Below, piece by piece: positions 60,239 through 64,000 of a DNA stretch of 64,000 bases. The position numbers and the translations under genes are program-made. This DNA comes from Alphaproteobacteria bacterium (GTDB lineage Bacteria > Pseudomonadota > Alphaproteobacteria > UBA828). The notes under the pieces are model-generated. The model ran no database searches, was not told the DNA's origin, and saw nothing but the letters and a program-made list of their open reading frames with translations. The stretch is taken from contig CAXXVO010000006.1 in NCBI GenBank assembly GCA_963422645.2, positions 1 through 64,000 of the forward strand, given 5' to 3'. Within the stretch, counting starts at the first letter, position 1. Every line of letters begins with the position of its first letter.

Positions 60239-61107
60239 AGAGCGCCGACTTCGCCTACCACCGCCCGGACGATATCGCGGAAGCGGTGCGCTATCTGCGG
60301 GATTACGACGGCTCCGCACGTGTCCTGGCCGGCGGCCAGAGCCTGATGCCGATGATGAACATGCGGCTCTGGCGCCCGGATGCTCTGATCGACATCAACG
60401 GGCTCACTGACCTCGCCCAGTTGACAGTCGAGGGGGACGAGACTCGGATCGGCGCGCTGGTCCGCTACAGCACGCTTGAGTTCTCGCCCCTTGTCGCGGA
60501 GCGGCTGCCGCTCATCAAGGCGATGGTGGCCTTCGTCGGCGACCGCCAGGTGCGCAATCGCGGCACCATCGGGGGCAGCTTGGTGCAGGGCGACCCGACG
60601 GGCGAAATGCCGCTCGGCTGCCTGGTGCTCGGCGCGACAGCCAGCGCCCTCGGGCCGTCCGGCGCGCGCACCATCGCCATGACGGAGCTCTACGAGGGCG
60701 CCTACGCCACCACGCTCGCGCCCGACGAGGTGCTGACGCAGATCCGCTTTCCCCCGCATCCGCCGCACTTCGCCTTTCGCGAGTGCTGCCGACGGCACAA
60801 CGATTTCTGCGTGCTCTCGGTGGCGGCGGCCGGTCACATCTCGGACGACGGCCGCTGGAGCGAACTTCGCATCGGGCTCGGCGGAGTCAACGACACGCCG
60901 GTTCTGGCCGAGGCCGGCATGGCTCTTCTCGACGGAAGTCGCCTCGACGACACCGACATCGCCGCGACAGGCGAGGCTGCGCTCGACGCCATCGACCCGC
61001 CCGACGATATCCGGGGCTCGGCCGAATACCGCGCCCACCTCGTGCCGCTCTACGTCGCGCGGGCGTTGCGCGACCTGCGCGCCTCGGCGCAAGCGGCCGC
61101 GCGATGA
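60235..61107 (+). CDS. Mo-hydroxylase FAD-binding medium subunit
   Basis: LAGGQSLMP, QVRNRGTIGGSL, DDIRGSAEYR. Confidence 0.93.
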   Translation: MKSADFAYHRPDDIAEAVRYLRDYDGSARVLAGGQSLMPMMNMRLWRPDALIDINGLTDLAQLTVEGDETRIGALVRYSTLEFSPLVAERLPLIKAMVAFVGDRQVRNRGTIGGSLVQGDPTGEMPLGCLVLGATASALGPSGARTIAMTELYEGAYATTLAPDEVLTQIRFPPHPPHFAFRECCRRHNDFCVLSVAAAGHISDDGRWSELRIGLGGVNDTPVLAEAGMALLDGSRLDDTDIAATGEAALDAIDPPDDIRGSAEYRAHLVPLYVARALRDLRASAQAAAR

Positions 61108-61610
61108 AATATCGCCACGAGTTCCGCGTCCGGGAAAGCGGCGACAAGGTCTGGCGCTTCTTCGAACAGCCGCTGGAGGTCGCGCGCTGCATGCCGGGAG
61201 TCGAGGAGGTGGAGCCAGTGGAAGGCGAGGACGACAGCTATTCCGTCCGCGCGACCCAGAAACTCGGACCCATGTCGACGACCCTCCAGGCCAAGGTGCG
61301 CATCACCGAGCGCGTCGCCGGCGCGCGCATCGCCTTCACGGCGACCGGCAAGGCGGTGCGCGGCGCGGTCGGGAATTTTCGGGCGCAGAACGTGGTGACG
61401 CTCGCGCAGGCAGGAGGCGAGACCTGCATCGCGGTGGAGGGCGAGGTCGCACTGGCCGGCGTGCTCGGCACCGTCGGCAGCGCGGTAGTCAACAAGCACG
61501 CCGCGAAGGTGACCGCGGAATTCGCCTCCAACCTGGAGCAGGCGCTCTCGGCCGCCGACGAGCCGCGCGCCGGACACCGGCCCGAGGAGACTGCCGTTGA
61601 GCGGCAATGA
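61104..61610 (+). CDS. SRPBCC (CoxG-like) subunit
   Basis: VW.FF..P..VARCMPG pattern; translationally coupled to its neighbours. Confidence 0.88.
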   Translation: MKYRHEFRVRESGDKVWRFFEQPLEVARCMPGVEEVEPVEGEDDSYSVRATQKLGPMSTTLQAKVRITERVAGARIAFTATGKAVRGAVGNFRAQNVVTLAQAGGETCIAVEGEVALAGVLGTVGSAVVNKHAAKVTAEFASNLEQALSAADEPRAGHRPEETAVERQ

Positions 61611-62106
61611 GCTGGCCTTCGCTTTCCGCCTGAACGGCGAGGCGGTATCGGCCGAGGCGCCGGCCCGCATGCACGCGGCCGACTTCCTGCGCCATCGCCT
61701 GGGCTGGACCGGCACCCACGTCGGCTGCGAGCAGGGCGTCTGCGGCATGTGCACGATCCTGGTGGACGGCGCCGCGATCAAGTCCTACCTGATGCTCGCC
61801 GTGCAGCTCGACGGCGCCGAGGTGAGAACGGTCGAAGCCCTGGCCGAAGGCGACCGCCTGAATGCGGCGCAGGAGGCCTTCAAGCGGCACCACGCGCTCC
61901 AGTGCGGCTACTGCACGCCGGGCTTCCTGATGCTGGCGGAAAGCCTGAAGGCCGGCGGCCGGGTGCTCTCCCGCGCCGAGATCCGCGAAGAGCTCGCCGG
62001 CGTCCTCTGCCGCTGCACCGGCTACGAGAACATCCTGCGCGCAGTGGAGGACTATCTGGGCGCGGACCGGGCCGCAGAGCCGCCCGGCGGCGAGGAGTCG
62101 GAATGA
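61597..62106 (+). CDS. Mo-hydroxylase [2Fe-2S] small subunit (one ligand Cys replaced by Tyr)
   Basis: GCEQGVCGMC...KSY(C)L, QCGYCTPG, CRCTGY. Confidence 0.9.
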   Translation: MSGNELAFAFRLNGEAVSAEAPARMHAADFLRHRLGWTGTHVGCEQGVCGMCTILVDGAAIKSYLMLAVQLDGAEVRTVEALAEGDRLNAAQEAFKRHHALQCGYCTPGFLMLAESLKAGGRVLSRAEIREELAGVLCRCTGYENILRAVEDYLGADRAAEPPGGEESE

Positions 62107-64000
62107 GGGCTCCGCGCCAGAGCCTCATCGGCGCCTCGCTCCCGCGCAAGGAGGACGATCGCCTGCTGCAAGGCGACGGCCTCTTCACCGACGACGTGCA
62201 ACTGGCCCACCAGCTGGAGATGGCGGTGGGCCGCTGCCCCTTCCCCCGCGCTGCGATCGGTGCGATCGACGTGGCTCAAGCCCGCGCCCTCCCCGGCGTC
62301 AGGCACATCCTGACGGGCGCCGGCGTGCGGGCCGCGAGCGAGCCGCTGACGGTGTTGCGGCCGGTGCCCGGCGCGCCCCTGCTGCCCTACTACGCGCTGG
62401 CGGGTGAAGAGGCGATCCACGAGGGCCAGCCGGTGGTGAGCGTGGTGGCGACCAGCCGCGCCATTGCCGAGGACGCGCTGGAGCTCATCGACATCGACTA
62501 CGAGCCGTTGCCGCATGTGACCGACACGCTCGGCGCGCTCGCCGACGACGCGCCGGTGCTGCATCCCGAGACGCTGCCGTCCAACCTGCTGACCAGCAAC
62601 GTGGACCGCGCCGGGGAGCCGGAGAGCCGCATGGCTGCGGCCCCGGTCGTGGTCGAGGGACGCTTCCACGTGAACCGGGTGAGCGCGCTCCCGATGGAGG
62701 CGCGCGGCATCGTCGCCCATTGGCGTGCCGGCGCCCGCGCGCTGGAGGTCTACGCCTCTACCCAGACGCCGCATCTGATCCGGCAGCAGTTGGCGGAGTG
62801 CCTGCCCCTCGACGAGGGGTGCATTCGGGTCATCGCCTCCGATGTCGGCGGCGGCTTCGGCATGAAGCTCGGCCTCTATCCCGAGGACGTGCTGGCAGCG
62901 CTGCACGCCATGGCAATCCGGCGTCCGGTCAAGTGGATCGAGGACCGCCTGGAATTCTTCCGCGCCAGCACCCAGGCGCGCGAGGCCGTGCACGACCTTC
63001 GCATCGGTGCCGAGGCCGACGGCCGCATCGTCGCGGTCACCAACCAGTACACCACCGACCTCGGCGCCTGGAACTCGACCTACGGCTCGGCGCAGCTCTC
63101 GAGCGTGGTCTTCACCGGCCCTTACAAGGTGGCCGATGCGGCGGTCGAGCGCCGCGTCGCGCTCACCAACAAGACGCCGGTCGGGGCCTATCGCGGCTAC
63201 GGCCAGCCGGAGGTCAACTTCGCCCTGGAGGTGTTGCTCGACCGGCTGGCGCGCCGGCTCAAGATCGACCCGCTGGAGCTAAGGCGACGGAACTTGCTCC
63301 GGCCGGAGGACCTGCCCTGGACCACGCCGAGCCGCGCGGTCTACGACAGCGGCGATTACCTGAAGACCCTGCAGCTGGCCGCCGACGCGGTCAATTACGA
63401 CGCCCATCGCGCCGGCCGCCGCGACAACCGGGGCGACGAGCGCCTGACGGGTATCGGCTTCGCCTCCTTCGTCGAGCGCACGGGCTATGCCAGCGCGCGC
63501 TTCCTCGCAGGCCGCGGCTCCCGCTTCGGCGCCCACGAGAGCGTGACCTTGCGGGCCAACCGCTCCGGCGGCATCGACCTCTACACCGGGGTCTCCACCT
63601 TCGGCCAGGGCAGCGAGACGGCCTTCGCCCAAGTCTGCGCCGAGGTCTTCGGCATCGACTACGAAGCCATCACCGTCCATGCCGGCGACAGCGGTGCATC
63701 GCCGCTCAACACCGGCGCCTTCGCCTCACGCACCCTGATCGCGGCTGCCGGCGCCATCCGCGAGGCCGCGGACGCGCTGCGCAACAAGACCCTCCGCATC
63801 GCGGCCATGGTCCTGCAATCGACTCCGGGCGCGCTGGAGGTGAGCGGGCGCGCCGTGCACGTAGCAGACGAACCCGGCCGCACCGTGCCGCTCGCCGACA
63901 TCTTCACCCGCGCGATCATCGGGCAGGGAATTCCGGAAGACGAGGAGCCGGGCCTGGAGGCGGCCGCGCACTTCGAGCCCACGCATGCGTCGTTTTCCTT
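62103..64000 (+). CDS. Xanthine-dehydrogenase-family molybdopterin large subunit (partial, runs off the window)
   Basis: Manual translation: RKEDDRLLQG, DVGGGFGMK, GAYRGYGQPE, GQG, GAFASR. Confidence 0.92.
   Translation, partial: MRAPRQSLIGASLPRKEDDRLLQGDGLFTDDVQLAHQLEMAVGRCPFPRAAIGAIDVAQARALPGVRHILTGAGVRAASEPLTVLRPVPGAPLLPYYALAGEEAIHEGQPVVSVVATSRAIAEDALELIDIDYEPLPHVTDTLGALADDAPVLHPETLPSNLLTSNVDRAGEPESRMAAAPVVVEGRFHVNRVSALPMEARGIVAHWRAGARALEVYASTQTPHLIRQQLAECLPLDEGCIRVIASDVGGGFGMKLGLYPEDVLAALHAMAIRRPVKWIEDRLEFFRASTQAREAVHDLRIGAEADGRIVAVTNQYTTDLGAWNSTYGSAQLSSVVFTGPYKVADAAVERRVALTNKTPVGAYRGYGQPEVNFALEVLLDRLARRLKIDPLELRRRNLLRPEDLPWTTPSRAVYDSGDYLKTLQLAADAVNYDAHRAGRRDNRGDERLTGIGFASFVERTGYASARFLAGRGSRFGAHESVTLRANRSGGIDLYTGVSTFGQGSETAFAQVCAEVFGIDYEAITVHAGDSGASPLNTGAFASRTLIAAAGAIREAADALRNKTLRIAAMVLQSTPGALEVSGRAVHVADEPGRTVPLADIFTRAIIGQGIPEDEEPGLEAAAHFEPTHASFS

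Noticed and set aside
60235-64000. Aerobic CO dehydrogenase (coxMSL)
   Set aside because: The large-subunit motif is AYRGYG rather than AYRCSFR, and the context fits an organic-substrate hydroxylase.

Overview
High-GC alphaproteobacterial (Rhodospirillales-like) chromosomal segment, very rich in IS elements and showing gene decay. 1-19 kb: an IS, a divergent groES-groEL operon with a CIRCE operator, the conserved ntrY-ntrX-trkA-dat-HAD-hfq-hflX operon and amidase/VOC/FAD-oxidoreductase genes. Two inverted copies of an orphan gene resembling phage Mu gp27 (DUF3486) bracket these genes. 19-41 kb: an accessory zone with a broken tyrosine integrase, two intact IS1634-family elements (one with a 228-bp target duplication, one with CCC..GGG ends in a TTAA site), nested IS66/IS4/IS3/IS110 remnants, at least seven copies of a 92-bp IS21-type miniature element with an IHF site, and housekeeping genes (GST, CoA-transferase, typA, ycaQ-like). 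41-64 kb: the best candidate for an undescribed system, a catabolic island. It encodes an ATP-dependent hydantoinase/oxoprolinase pair, a four-gene toluene-4-monooxygenase-type soluble diiron monooxygenase without ferredoxin or reductase genes, an ABC importer, a single-chain triple-Rid protein and an Lrp/AsnC regulator. A divergent operon adds a PEP-utiliser/dikinase pair and a four-subunit Mo-hydroxylase with the gene content of the 3-hydroxypyridine dehydrogenase (3hpd) cluster. Together this suggests a pyridine/N-heterocycle pathway (inference). This copy is decaying: two IS insertions, a frameshift and a lost Fe-S cysteine. No rRNA, tRNA or CRISPR array was seen. All family assignments come from motif recognition by eye; no database search was run.
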